DNA from: a virus
Taxonomy: Duplodnaviria > Caudoviricetes
Length of the DNA stretch: 43,793 nucleotides
Virus record (IMG/VR): IMGVR_UViG_3300037445_000034
Location: 1-43,793 of that record
Reading direction: 5' to 3' (one strand)
Shown here piece by piece: positions 7,866 through 17,489 of this stretch. The translations under genes and the position numbers were made by a program. Positions within the stretch are counted from its first letter, which is position 1. Each line of letters opens with the position of its first letter. Under the pieces are notes generated by a model. That model was not told the DNA's origin and made no database searches. It saw nothing but the letters and a program-made list of their open reading frames with translations.

Positions 7866-9620
7866 GTGGTGTGGGGACCGATCAAGTGGGGGCGTCTGCA
7901 GAAGACGCACCCGATGCTCGACTTGAAGCGCGTGCGCAAGCTGCGCGCGCTGTACAAGGGCGGCGCCGCGTTGCTCGCGAACGACGAGGTGATGGATCAG
8001 GTGTTCCCGCGCTACGCCGGCGAGGGCGAGCCGTCGTACAAGGAGCGCAAGGCGCGAGCGTTCTACGAAAACATGTTCGCGCAGGTCGTAAACAAGGTCG
8101 TCGCCGCGCTCGGGCAGGACCCAGCTCGACTCGACCCGATGCCGAACGAAGACGGCACGATCGCCGAAGGCGCCGAGGTCGGCGACTACTGGAAGCAGCT
8201 GCAGAAAGACGCGACGCCGCCGAACGACGACGGCGAGGCGAAGACGCTCGATCAGATTGCGCGCGCGGTCGCGTGCGAAGGCTTCGTCACCGGGCGCGGC
8301 TGGATTCTCTGCGACATGCCGCCCGCGATCCCGGCGTCGACGCTGAAGGAGCAAGAGGACGCGGGCGCGCTCGACGCCTACCCCGTCATGTACCGCTCCG
8401 ATCAGGTGACCGACTGGTACGAGTCGAAGGGCGTGCTGCAGTGGGTGCGCTGCTACTCGTGCGAGGTGCTCGCCGACGACCCGACGCAAGAGCGTAACTG
8501 GACGCGGCACACCTGGGTGATCTGGGACCGCGACAGCTATACGACGTACGTCGTCGAGCTCGACAAGCAAAACAAGAACCGCAGCGGGCAGGCCGTCGAC
8601 ATCAACACGGTGATCACGCCCGTGCCCGAGCTGTCGGGCACGCACGAGTTCGGCCGCGTGCCGTGGGTGTGCTTCGACTGCGCCGCCGACGACGAGCCGC
8701 AGATGCACATCGGCGACCTGATCGAGTCGCAGGTCTGCAACTTCTTCAATCAGTCGTGCGGCGATGCGTTCCATCGCATGCGGCACATGTTTCAGCAGCT
8801 GTACGAGTTCCTCGGCCCCGAGTACCCGGGCATCGGCGAGGCGATCGCCTCCGCGCAAGAGGACCCGAACCGCGCGCGCGGTCGACGCCGCGGGCCCGAC
8901 GTCGTGCAGGAGCGCGGCAAGGACGATCGCGCCGAGTTCGTGTCGCCCGACATGGAAGGCGCCGACATCGCAAAGCAGGCGATCGACGACGCGCGCGAAG
9001 GCATCATGCGCGTCACCGGCCAGCTCGCGCTCTCGCAGGGCACGACGACCGTCGGGCTCGGTCGCAGCGCCGACTCGAAGAAGCAGGACCGCATCGACGA
9101 GCAGGTCGTGTACGGCGCGGCAGGAAAGAAGCTGATCGGCTTCCTGCGCCAGGTGATCAAGCTGCTCGCGCTCGGCCGCAAGGACAGCGAGGTGCCCGTC
9201 GCCGCAGGGTACGAGTCGTTCGACGTGAACGACGTCGACGACGACGTGATGCTGAACACCGAGCTCGAGGCTGTCAGCGTCCCGAGCGCGACGTTCCAGA
9301 TCGAGCGGAAGTTCCGTCTCGCGTGCAGCGTGCTCGGGGACAACATCGATCAGAACATCCGCGAGCAGATTCGCGACGAGCTGACCGAGACGATCACGCA
9401 AGATCAGTTCACGATGGTGCCGGGCGCAACCGGCGAGTACAACGCCGACGACCCGAACGCCGACGAAGACACCGACACCGATCCGAACGCGGACCCCGAC
9501 AAGGGCGACGACAAGCCGCCGCCCGCGAAGAAGCCCGGCGCGAAGAAGCCCGCGCCGCCGTCGAAGAAGAAGCCGGCAGCGAAGAAGAAGCCGGGGAAGG
9601 GGTCCAATGCCAACGCGTAA
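7866..9620 (+). CDS. portal protein
   Basis: About 580 aa after TerL; LYKGG...YKERKARAFYENMF...; HEFGRVPWV; acidic then PAKK-rich tail. The ORF-track start at 7026 is too far upstream. Confidence 0.85.
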   Translation: MVWGPIKWGRLQKTHPMLDLKRVRKLRALYKGGAALLANDEVMDQVFPRYAGEGEPSYKERKARAFYENMFAQVVNKVVAALGQDPARLDPMPNEDGTIAEGAEVGDYWKQLQKDATPPNDDGEAKTLDQIARAVACEGFVTGRGWILCDMPPAIPASTLKEQEDAGALDAYPVMYRSDQVTDWYESKGVLQWVRCYSCEVLADDPTQERNWTRHTWVIWDRDSYTTYVVELDKQNKNRSGQAVDINTVITPVPELSGTHEFGRVPWVCFDCAADDEPQMHIGDLIESQVCNFFNQSCGDAFHRMRHMFQQLYEFLGPEYPGIGEAIASAQEDPNRARGRRRGPDVVQERGKDDRAEFVSPDMEGADIAKQAIDDAREGIMRVTGQLALSQGTTTVGLGRSADSKKQDRIDEQVVYGAAGKKLIGFLRQVIKLLALGRKDSEVPVAAGYESFDVNDVDDDVMLNTELEAVSVPSATFQIERKFRLACSVLGDNIDQNIREQIRDELTETITQDQFTMVPGATGEYNADDPNADEDTDTDPNADPDKGDDKPPPAKKPGAKKPAPPSKKKPAAKKKPGKGSNANA

Positions 9621-9879
9621 CGGCAACCGCCGCACTCCGTTCGAGGTCGTCGACGTCGGCGAGGCGAAGACGAGCACGCACGTCGTGCTTCGTCACCTCG
9701 TGCAGCGAGCTCGCCAGGGCGACTTCGTCGGCGTCGTCGCGCTGCTCGCGAAGGCGGACGGCGGCTACATCGCGGTCATGACGCCGATGGCGCCCGATGC
9801 CGTCGTCGGCCAGCTCGAATTCTTGAAGCAGATGATCATCGACGATTCTGTCGAGGACATCGAACACGACGACGACTAG
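9607..9879 (+). CDS. hypothetical protein
   Basis: 90-aa ORF overlapping the portal stop; GAAGGGG RBS. Confidence 0.65.
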   Translation: MPTRNGNRRTPFEVVDVGEAKTSTHVVLRHLVQRARQGDFVGVVALLAKADGGYIAVMTPMAPDAVVGQLEFLKQMIIDDSVEDIEHDDD

Positions 9880-9894
9880 CAACGGGAGAGACAG

Positions 9895-10293
9895 ATGGAA
9901 GCGGTCAACGGGAAAGACATCTCGCAGCACACGCCACCCGAGCACGCGCGAGAGCTGCAGCTGATCAAGCTCGAAGGCAACGAGAGCGACTTCGAGTTCA
10001 CGATCCGACACCCGGCGCAGTTCGCCGCGGCGTGGATGCACGTCGAGCCGAGCAACTTCGTCGACGCCGCGACCAATGAGCGGCTGCCGCCGAAGATGAC
10101 GCCCGTGATCGCGTTCGACTCGTGCGTCGGCGGGCGCGACGTGAAGAAACACATCGTGCTCGTTCCGTTCGGGCGCAACTACGCCACCAAGCCCGACTTC
10201 CACCTGTCGTTCCTCGGCAGCTATCTCGACCCGCGCACGCGCTTCCCGGTCGCGGTGTACGAGGTGCTGAAGCCGCTGACGGTGGCGAGCTGA
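9895..10293 (+). CDS. hypothetical protein
   Basis: GGGAG RBS; 132 aa. Confidence 0.7.
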   Translation: MEAVNGKDISQHTPPEHARELQLIKLEGNESDFEFTIRHPAQFAAAWMHVEPSNFVDAATNERLPPKMTPVIAFDSCVGGRDVKKHIVLVPFGRNYATKPDFHLSFLGSYLDPRTRFPVAVYEVLKPLTVAS

Positions 10294-10294
10294 C

Positions 10295-10564
10295 GTGTTC
10301 GTGATCCGCGGACGCTTCGCGCTGTACCACAACCCCGGCGAGGGGCTGCCGTGGATCGTGCGCGCGCTCGGCGACGAGCACACCGCTGCAGGCGACGAGC
10401 TGTTCGCCGCCGAGCTGGTGTTCCGCGGGGCGGTCGTGCGTCGCTCGCATTACCGCTTCCCCGCTGCCGACGTCTTCCCGTCGTGGTGGCTCGAATGCGT
10501 CGGTGCCGTGATGATCAACTCGCACGGCGTCGCGCTGCTGTCGGCCCTCATGCCCGGAGAGTGA
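10295..10564 (+). CDS. hypothetical protein
   Basis: 89-aa ORF tightly packed between neighbours. Confidence 0.55.
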   Translation: MFVIRGRFALYHNPGEGLPWIVRALGDEHTAAGDELFAAELVFRGAVVRRSHYRFPAADVFPSWWLECVGAVMINSHGVALLSALMPGE

Positions 10565-10565
10565 C

Positions 10566-11450
10566 GTGGGCGCGGGCGAGCTGGCACAAGCCGTCGAGGA
10601 CAACCGCAACGCGCTGATGCGCGTCAGCGAGCCCGACGTCGCCGAGCTGGTCGACGTCATGGCCAGCTTGAAGCGAGAGCTGCGGCGCGAGCTGCGCAAG
10701 CTGGCGAGGCGCGAAGACGTCGGCACGTTCAACGTCGAGACGCACCAGGCGCGCGCGACGTTTGTGCAGCTCGACAAGCTCGCACGCGGCGCGAACACGA
10801 AGGTCGAGCGCAAGATGCTCGAAGCGCTGCGCGACCACGGCGGCGAAGCGGGTCGCAAGGCGAGCGCGAAGCTCGCGCGCATCGTCAGAGCGGGCGCCCG
10901 CGAGTTTCCCGGCTCGGTGCGCCCGCTGCGTCTCGACGTCGCGGCGATCGTCGGGCGCGCAGAGAAGAACCTCTGGCAGCGCTGGACGAAGCGCGCGCAC
11001 GCATTCGGCGCCGACGTCGAGCGGTCGATCCGGCGCGACATCATGTCGGGCATCTTGCGCGGCGAGAGCGTCGATCAGATGGCGTCGCGCGTGCTGCGCG
11101 GCACGGGCCTGATTCGCAGGCTGAAGGGCGAGACGGCGAAGCAGCTCGACGCGATCGCCGACAAGCCGTTCAGCGCAGCTCGGTCGCACGCCGAGATGAT
11201 CGTGCGCACCGAGACCGTCAACGCGTACAACACGGTGCAGGTCGACGAGATTCGCGAGGCTAACGAGACCGACCCGGGCTACTTGCTGAAGTGGGACGCC
11301 GCGGCCGATCGCGTCTGCCCGTACTGCCTCGAGCTCGACGGCACGACCTGCGAGATTGACGGGACGTTCGCCGATGGGGTCCCGTATCCACCTCTCCATC
11401 CTCGATGCCGCTGCGCTGTGGTAGCGTGGCGCAAGGAGTGGAAGCTTTGA
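10566..11450 (+). CDS. head morphogenesis / minor capsid protein (SPP1 gp7, Mu gpF family)
   Basis: IVRTETVNAYN...KWDAAADRVCPYCLELDG...PPLHPRCRC. Confidence 0.9.
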   Translation: MGAGELAQAVEDNRNALMRVSEPDVAELVDVMASLKRELRRELRKLARREDVGTFNVETHQARATFVQLDKLARGANTKVERKMLEALRDHGGEAGRKASAKLARIVRAGAREFPGSVRPLRLDVAAIVGRAEKNLWQRWTKRAHAFGADVERSIRRDIMSGILRGESVDQMASRVLRGTGLIRRLKGETAKQLDAIADKPFSAARSHAEMIVRTETVNAYNTVQVDEIREANETDPGYLLKWDAAADRVCPYCLELDGTTCEIDGTFADGVPYPPLHPRCRCAVVAWRKEWKL

Positions 11451-11464
11451 CCAACGGGAGCAAC

Positions 11465-12256
11465 ATGAAGCCGTTTCGCACGTACCGCATTCCTTTTGTT
11501 CCGTCGCTCGTCGCGCGCGAAGGCGACGACGACGAAGAGAAGAAGTTCACCGAGCGCTTTAACAAGCTGTTTCACGCCGGCATGTCGGAGCGCGACAAGC
11601 GCGACGCGCCGAAGCGAAAGAAAGAGCTCGACGAGGCGCTCGCCGCGTTCGCCACCGCGCAGACCGACGCGATGAAGAACACGATCGCCGAGGCGCTGAA
11701 GGGCTTCAAGCCCGAGCCGCCACCCGAGCCCGGCGACGACAAGGGGAAGAAGAAGAACGAGGGCGGCGGCGACCCCGAGACGAAGGCCGCGCTCGCGCGC
11801 ATGCAGAAGGCGATCGACGAGGCGAACGCGAAGAACGAAGCGCTGATGAAGTCGATCGCCGACGAGAAGGCGAAGGCCGACGCAGCCGACAGCCGCGCGC
11901 GCAAGCAAGAGGAGATGCAGCTCGTCACCCAGCTGCTGACCGAGGGCAAGGTGCGCCCGAACATCCTCCGCATGGCCGCCGAGGACATCCACAAGCGCTT
12001 CATCGCTCGTGAGAAGAACGAGGACGGCTCGTACGGCGAGATCAGGTGGCGCGGCGAGAACGACGAGCTGGTCGACCCCAAGGACCCGAAGAAGGGTCTG
12101 CCGAAGTATCTCGCCACCGACGAAGGCAAGGAGCTACTGCCGGCAGTCAACGCGGGCGGCGGCGGCACGCGCAAGCCGGGCACGGGCGGCGGTGGCTCGG
12201 GCGGCGGCGAGTTCGGCTTCGAGCAGCTCGGTAACAAGATCCTCGGTGGCCGGTGA
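11465..12256 (+). CDS. capsid scaffolding protein
   Basis: GGGAG RBS; highly charged coiled coil with a Gly-rich C-terminal linker; lies between gp7-like and MCP. Confidence 0.75.
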   Translation: MKPFRTYRIPFVPSLVAREGDDDEEKKFTERFNKLFHAGMSERDKRDAPKRKKELDEALAAFATAQTDAMKNTIAEALKGFKPEPPPEPGDDKGKKKNEGGGDPETKAALARMQKAIDEANAKNEALMKSIADEKAKADAADSRARKQEEMQLVTQLLTEGKVRPNILRMAAEDIHKRFIAREKNEDGSYGEIRWRGENDELVDPKDPKKGLPKYLATDEGKELLPAVNAGGGGTRKPGTGGGGSGGGEFGFEQLGNKILGGR

Positions 12257-12420
12257 CCGACGCGCTGCTCGGCAGCCTGATCGGCGCCGCGCTCGGGACG
12301 TTGATCGCGTCGCTGATGTTCGCGATCGCCGGCTGGCGCAGCGGCGCGAAGCAGCGACCCGACCCCGATCGATGGCTCGCCGACCTGAACGACAAAGCGC
12401 GACGCGCCCGCAAGCTGTAG
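12253..12420 (+). CDS. small single-pass membrane protein (55 aa, below the ORF cutoff)
   Basis: GTGA-coupled; MTDALLGSLIGAALGTLIASLMFAIAGWRSG... Confidence 0.6.
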   Translation: MTDALLGSLIGAALGTLIASLMFAIAGWRSGAKQRPDPDRWLADLNDKARRARKL

Positions 12421-12438
12421 CGTGGTAGCGTCGGCATC

Positions 12439-13254
12439 ATGCCGAACTTCAAACTGGTGATCACAGGGGACGTGCCGCACGGGAAGGCGCACGAGTTCCA
12501 CGAGAGCATTCCCGACCTGGTGCGCGGGATGCGCTCGTTCGGCATCACGGTGAACACCGCGACGTCGTTCCCGGGCGGCATCGCGCACCACACGCACGAG
12601 CGCGCCCAGCTCGACGCGCCCGAGCTGGCCCCGGAGATCGCCGACCCGGCGTCGCGTGACCGCTCGACCGAGGTCTACATCAAGATGCTCGAAGACGAGC
12701 TCTCGAAGCTCGCGACCGGCGTGATCGAGCGCTTCCCGGGCGAGCACCCGAACGACGGCACGAGCATCGTCGACACCGCGCTCGCGATCCTCGACGGCCA
12801 CGCCGACACGCGCGCACGGCTCGCCGCGGCGACGGTCGCGCCGCCCGTCGAGATGCCGCTCGAAGCGCTGTCGCACGCATACACGCTCAACGTCGTGCGC
12901 CCCGAGGCGCTGCGCGTCGGCGACGTCGTGCTCGCGCTGAACGGCGTCATCTGGCATCGTCCGCGTCGGCTCGATGCGATCGACGCGAACGCCGAGCGCA
13001 CGCTCGTCACGTACCGCAGCTCGAACAACGAGCCGATCACGACGCCGTATGACCCCGACGGCATGTGGTTCGTCGCGCGCGTCGAACCGCTTCCGGCGCC
13101 ACCCGCCGATGGCGTGTACGGCTTCGCCGAGCTCGGCAAGGCGATCGCCGGCGCGGCCGACAACGTCGACACGATCACGTCGATCGATGGCGCGAAGACG
13201 ATGCTGCCGCCCAGCGAGTCGCCGTTCGAGACCGTCACGCCGCCGGTCAAGTAG
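12439..13254 (+). CDS. hypothetical protein, probably leaderless
   Basis: 271 aa; TG-G-TAGCGT ends 7 nt before the ATG. Confidence 0.75.
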   Translation: MPNFKLVITGDVPHGKAHEFHESIPDLVRGMRSFGITVNTATSFPGGIAHHTHERAQLDAPELAPEIADPASRDRSTEVYIKMLEDELSKLATGVIERFPGEHPNDGTSIVDTALAILDGHADTRARLAAATVAPPVEMPLEALSHAYTLNVVRPEALRVGDVVLALNGVIWHRPRRLDAIDANAERTLVTYRSSNNEPITTPYDPDGMWFVARVEPLPAPPADGVYGFAELGKAIAGAADNVDTITSIDGAKTMLPPSESPFETVTPPVK

Positions 13255-13273
13255 GCGTTTCGGCGGCGTTCGC

Positions 13274-13294
13274 GTCGCGCAGTACTCGAGCGAC
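13274..13294. repeat. GTCGC-N11-GCGAC dyad copy
   Basis: GTCGC gcagtactcga GCGAC-AC in the gap upstream of the MCP gene. Confidence 0.7.
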
Positions 13295-13359
13295 ACGAAC
13301 GGCCCTTGCGCGAGCGATCGCGTGCTGATACTGCTGTTGTGGTAGCTGACTGAAGGCAC

Positions 13360-13485
13360 GGACCCCACTCGCAAGAGTGGCTCGCCTCCCCGGGCGTCAT
13401 CGGGTGTCGCCGACGCAGCGTCACGCGTCAGAGCTGAACACCCTCTCCCGCGCGTGCAGCGCGGCGCACCCGTCAAGGCAGGTCC
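13360..13485 (+). promoter_or_regulatory. structured 5' leader of the major capsid gene
   Basis: GGACC/GGTCC closing stem abutting the ATG; CCACTC-GCAA-GAGTGG; GGGTGT/ACACCC; CCGCGC/GCGCGG. Confidence 0.45.
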
Positions 13486-14550
13486 ATGACCGACATCAAC
13501 GAAGCACTGCTCGACCCCGCTCTCGAACAGTTCATCCGTCAGCAGATCGCGAAGCAGTACAACCGCAGCTCGGTGACGACCGACCTGTTCCGCAAGGAAC
13601 CGGGCATGGGCAAGAACGTCGCCTGGGACATCAGCGTGGGCACGGGCACCGGCCAGGTGTTCGATGACGGCGCCGACGTCGGCACGTTCAACACCGATAC
13701 GCAGGTGCTCGCGACGCTGGCGTGGGGCGAGTACGGCGATGCGTTCAAGCTGACGGGTCGTGCCGAGGACGTCGCGCAGTTCAGCAAGACCGAGCTCGGT
13801 CTCGCGTTCTTCTTCAAGATGAACGAGGCGCGCGAGCGCGCCGCGAAGAAGGTGAACGACGACATCTGGACCGGCGACGGTTCGGGCTCGCCGCAGAAGA
13901 TCTTCGGCATCACGGCGGCGAACGGTCCGATGGACACGGCCGGCAGCTACGGCGGCCAGTCGCGCATCACCTACCCGCAGTGGCAGGGCACGAAGCTCGG
14001 CAACGGTGGCATCCCGCGTCCGATCACGCTCGACACGATCGAGTACGGGTTGGAGCAGTCGTTCACGGCGTCGGGCAAGAACCCGACGTACGGCGTCACG
14101 ACGCCGAACGTGTGGCGCTTGCTGTGCACGCTCGTCGACGACGACCGTCGCATCAACCAGGACACCCAGATCCGCGGCGAGGCGATCGGCGTCAAGCTCG
14201 GTTACAACGCCGTCGAGGTCAACGGCATCCCGGTGTTCCGCGACATCTCGGTGCCGAAGGGAAACCTCGTCTTCTTCCACGAGCCGTCGTGGTGCGTCGA
14301 GTTCCTGCCGGTCGCGCCGTCGCGCATCGCGCGCGGCAAGATCATGGCGACCACGCCGCTCGCGGGTCTCCCGCAGGAGCAGCTGATGGTCGGCGCGCCC
14401 GTCGGTGGCCCGCTCGTCGCGAACATCATCGCGCTGTCGAGCCTCGGCAACTACGAGCGCTGGCAGCTCGTCTCGACGCTGCAGCTGCGCAACACGCGGC
14501 CGAACGCGTCGCTGTGGATCACCGACATCCTCGCGCGCACTGAGTCGTAA
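13486..14550 (+). CDS. major capsid protein (HK97 fold expected)
   Basis: 354 aa after the scaffold; NDDIWTGDGSGSPQKIFGI and LGYNAVEVNGIPVFRD motifs; strongly biased codons. Confidence 0.88.
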   Translation: MTDINEALLDPALEQFIRQQIAKQYNRSSVTTDLFRKEPGMGKNVAWDISVGTGTGQVFDDGADVGTFNTDTQVLATLAWGEYGDAFKLTGRAEDVAQFSKTELGLAFFFKMNEARERAAKKVNDDIWTGDGSGSPQKIFGITAANGPMDTAGSYGGQSRITYPQWQGTKLGNGGIPRPITLDTIEYGLEQSFTASGKNPTYGVTTPNVWRLLCTLVDDDRRINQDTQIRGEAIGVKLGYNAVEVNGIPVFRDISVPKGNLVFFHEPSWCVEFLPVAPSRIARGKIMATTPLAGLPQEQLMVGAPVGGPLVANIIALSSLGNYERWQLVSTLQLRNTRPNASLWITDILARTES

Positions 14551-14582
14551 GCGACTTCAAGGGCGCCGGCACCATAGCCGGA

Positions 14583-14621
14583 CATCGGCGGCGCGTGACG
14601 CGTGCGAGCGCGCCGCCGATG
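14583..14621. other. 13-bp perfect inverted repeat after MCP
   Basis: CATCGGCGGCGCG / CGCGCCGCCGATG; no U-tract. Confidence 0.55.
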
Positions 14622-14655
14622 GAAACGCTCTCGCGCGCATCAACGGGAAGAAAGT

Positions 14656-15075
14656 ATGTCGAACCAGCCTCCGCAGAACGCAGCCCCCGCCGCAACGAAG
14701 GGGGGCCGCGATCCGCTGCGTCCGCCGCCGTCCGATCAGCCCGAGTACGACTTCGAGGTGCCCGAGGGCGACGACGTCGACGACGATCTCGAGGACGTCA
14801 TCAACGTTTCTTCGCAGCCCGCGAAGTTCAACAACGGCGGCGACAAGCCGGTCGTCCTCAAGCCCGGCCAGGCGACGCGCATCAGCCGCGCGTTCACGAC
14901 CGAGTACAAGGGGCAGAGCCAGGGCGATCCGCTGAAGCCCCAGATCATGCGCATCACCGGCGACCGCGTCGTGCCCGCGTGGCATCGAAGCGCGCAGGGT
15001 CACCCGAAGGCGCACAACCGCAAGCCCCCGCCGCTCGAAGACGTTCCCTTCGAGCGCGCGAAGCGCAGGCGCTAG
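14656..15075 (+). CDS. hypothetical head-associated protein
   Basis: GGGAAG upstream; MSNQPPQNAAP...; follows the MCP. Confidence 0.65.
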   Translation: MSNQPPQNAAPAATKGGRDPLRPPPSDQPEYDFEVPEGDDVDDDLEDVINVSSQPAKFNNGGDKPVVLKPGQATRISRAFTTEYKGQSQGDPLKPQIMRITGDRVVPAWHRSAQGHPKAHNRKPPPLEDVPFERAKRRR

Positions 15076-15084
15076 CGGGTACCC

Positions 15085-15522
15085 ATGGCGTTCACCGCGA
15101 CGGAAAAGGCGACGATGCTCTTCTACCTCGGACGCTCGGTGTTCGAGGACGACGGGCCGGCCATCCGTGCGATCAACGGGCTCGACTCGAAAGAGACGAC
15201 CGCGCGGCCGATCATCATGCCCATCCTCACCGAGCTGCAGGGCATCGATACGCAGCTCTCGAAGGTGCGCATCCGTCTGCAGGCGGTCGAAGACGGCTCG
15301 CTGAAGATCGACGCCGCGCGCGAGATCGGGCAGCTTCGTTCCCTCGGTCGGCAAGCCGTGGGAAGACTCGCGCGCTGGTTGAAGGTCAACGTGCCGCCCG
15401 ACTGCGATGTGTTCAGTGCGTCGCTGCCGGGCGACGGGTTCTTCTCTGGCGACCCGAGCGAGCCTCGCTTCGCCAACGATCTCGGGCAACCGACCGGCGT
15501 CGGTCCGCGAGGCGGGTACTAG
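15085..15522 (+). CDS. putative head-tail adaptor
   Basis: MAFTATEKATMLFYLG helical protein in the neck position. Confidence 0.55.
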   Translation: MAFTATEKATMLFYLGRSVFEDDGPAIRAINGLDSKETTARPIIMPILTELQGIDTQLSKVRIRLQAVEDGSLKIDAAREIGQLRSLGRQAVGRLARWLKVNVPPDCDVFSASLPGDGFFSGDPSEPRFANDLGQPTGVGPRGGY

Positions 15523-15530
15523 TTCGGGAT

Positions 15531-15582
15531 CCGGCTAGGGACGTGCGGCGTTCCTTCCCGTTGCGTCGCACGCCCTAGCCGG
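15531..15582. other. long intergenic hairpin
   Basis: CCGGCTAGGG-A-CGTGCGGCG / CGTCGCACG-CCCTAGCCGG. Confidence 0.55.
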
Positions 15583-15617
15583 GCACCATCACTTTCGTAG
15601 CACACAAGCGAGGACAC

Positions 15618-16004
15618 ATGTTCAAGGGCAAGCTTCTCCACCGCGATCTCGACATGGGCACCGACACCGGCACCACCGGCAAGCTCGATGCCGCGGCCGA
15701 CAACTGCAACGCGGACATCCGCGATCTCGACCACGTGTCGGTGTTCGTCAACCAGCTGACCGACGCGGGCACCGCGACGATCCTCGTGGAGAAGACGTTC
15801 GACGGCGTGAACTACTCGCTCGTGTCGACGCTCACCGAGGCGAGCTTCCCGGCCGGTGCGAACAAGGCCGTCGAGGTCACGCTCTCCGACGCGAACGGCA
15901 TGCCGACGCGCGCCGTGTCGGTGCGCGTGACGCTCTCGGCGGTCGCGGGCGGTGGCGCGTACAGCGCGCACGTCGCGGGCGCCGCGGTCGGTCACCACAC
16001 CTAA
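15618..16004 (+). CDS. putative virion protein (beta-rich)
   Basis: GAGGA RBS; beta-sandwich-like pattern (ILVEKTFDGVNY). Confidence 0.65.
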   Translation: MFKGKLLHRDLDMGTDTGTTGKLDAAADNCNADIRDLDHVSVFVNQLTDAGTATILVEKTFDGVNYSLVSTLTEASFPAGANKAVEVTLSDANGMPTRAVSVRVTLSAVAGGGAYSAHVAGAAVGHHT

Positions 16005-16018
16005 GTCGACGCGCTGAC

Positions 16019-16038
16019 GTCGCACGGCGCCGTGCGAC
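16019..16038. repeat. dyad variant GTCGC-N10-GCGAC (perfect 20-bp palindrome)
   Basis: GTCGCACGGCGCCGTGCGAC followed by AC-GGAG RBS. Confidence 0.6.
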
Positions 16039-16050
16039 ACGGAGTCCACG

Positions 16051-16548
16051 ATGCCGTCAGACCTCGACCCCGACGTTTCGTTCATCGACTCGCTGTCGGA
16101 GTCGATCGACGACATCAGGCGATCGATTCACGGCTCGCTGGGCACGCGCACGTACCGCGTGCAGATCGTTCAGCGACAGTGGTCGGGCGATCGCATCGGC
16201 GAAGGCACGCCGAGCGTGACGATCCTCGAGCTCGAACCGCGGCCGCTCGTGCGCAACACGCCGAACGACCGCATGGGCCCCGGTGGCCGCGAAGAGACCG
16301 GCGATGTCATCCTCACCGAGGTGAGCCTCAAGTACAGCGCGCTCGACCTGCAGCCCAAGGCGTTGCCGACGCTCGAAGTCGCGTATCGCATCATCGACGA
16401 CGGCGGACAGGGCCAGCCCGATCAGTGGTTCGTGCTGCAAGGCGACCCGGTGTCACGGCGCGGCGATCGGCGCGGCGATAACTGCGACTGGCGAATCCAT
16501 CTGCATCAGACCGCGCCGATGTCGAACTTCGACGGCGCCGAACCGTAG
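16051..16548 (+). CDS. putative head-closure / neck protein
   Basis: 165 aa, beta-rich, in the neck position. Confidence 0.55.
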   Translation: MPSDLDPDVSFIDSLSESIDDIRRSIHGSLGTRTYRVQIVQRQWSGDRIGEGTPSVTILELEPRPLVRNTPNDRMGPGGREETGDVILTEVSLKYSALDLQPKALPTLEVAYRIIDDGGQGQPDQWFVLQGDPVSRRGDRRGDNCDWRIHLHQTAPMSNFDGAEP

Positions 16549-16554
16549 CGACGA

Positions 16555-17067
16555 ATGCCGACGATCGTCATCCAGCCCAAGGACCTCGCGCGCGCCCTCA
16601 AGCGCGAGGGCCAGCGCGTGCCGAACGCCGCGAAGGCGGCGGCGTACGCAGCTGCGCAGCGCTTGCGCGCTCGCATCATGGAAGAGATCGACAAGCGCAA
16701 GATCACCGACATGGGCATCCTGAAGAACTCGATCAGGGTGGTGAAGCAAAACCGCGACGCGCAGGGGCGCTTTCTTCCGGGCGGCTCTGTCGCTGTGCGC
16801 GCTGACGCCCCGCACGCCGGCATCGTCGAGCTCGGCGCGCGACCGCACCCGGTGAGCCCCGAAGGCCGCATGGCGATCGCCCGCTGGGCCGCGCGCAAGC
16901 TCGGGCTGTCCGACAAGGAAGCCGAGCGCGCGAGTTGGGCGATCGCGCAGAAGATTCGCGAACGGGGACAGCCGCCGACGTACGTGTTCGCGAGCTGCGT
17001 CCCCGACGGCCTGAAGTTCTTCGGCGAGGAGATCGTCCGCATCCTCAACAGCAGGAGCGCCGCGTGA
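16555..17067 (+). CDS. HK97 gp10-like tail completion / neck protein
   Basis: DMGILKNSI...DAPHAGIVELGARPH...IAQKIRERG motifs. Confidence 0.7.
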   Translation: MPTIVIQPKDLARALKREGQRVPNAAKAAAYAAAQRLRARIMEEIDKRKITDMGILKNSIRVVKQNRDAQGRFLPGGSVAVRADAPHAGIVELGARPHPVSPEGRMAIARWAARKLGLSDKEAERASWAIAQKIRERGQPPTYVFASCVPDGLKFFGEEIVRILNSRSAA

Positions 17068-17489
17068 ACGGTGGCAGCGGCTTGAAGCAGGGCGAGTACG
17101 GCGACGCGAACAACCCGATCGTGTCACGCGAAGACGTGTCCGATCTGGCGCTGCTGCCGCGTCGCTTCGATGCGCTCGCGCTGCGCGTCGAGGGGATGGC
17201 GGATCAAGGGGTACGGATCTTGGAGCTGCTCGCCAACATGGGCGAGCACATCGCGGACATTCGCAACCACCAGGCCGATCACACGAAGCAGATCAGCACC
17301 GTGACGAGCACGGTCGAAGAGCTGCGCGGCGAGGTTCGCGACACGCACGACTGCCTCGAACGCCGCATGGTGCGGCTCGAAGCGCGAATCGCGCAGCTCG
17401 AGCTCGCCGCGACGCGAAAGCGGAATAAGCTCGCGTCGCGCACGACGTCGCGACGTCGACGCACGACGCGGAAGCGGGCGAAGAAGTGA
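17064..17489 (+). CDS. coiled-coil protein with basic tail
   Basis: GTGA-coupled at both ends; long heptad region, Arg/Lys-rich C-terminus. Confidence 0.6.
   Translation: MNGGSGLKQGEYGDANNPIVSREDVSDLALLPRRFDALALRVEGMADQGVRILELLANMGEHIADIRNHQADHTKQISTVTSTVEELRGEVRDTHDCLERRMVRLEARIAQLELAATRKRNKLASRTTSRRRRTTRKRAKK

Noticed and set aside
17435-17454. GTCGC-N10-GCGAC inside the coiled-coil gene
   Set aside because: Coding, off-spacing and within a CG-rich Arg/Thr/Ser run; likely chance.
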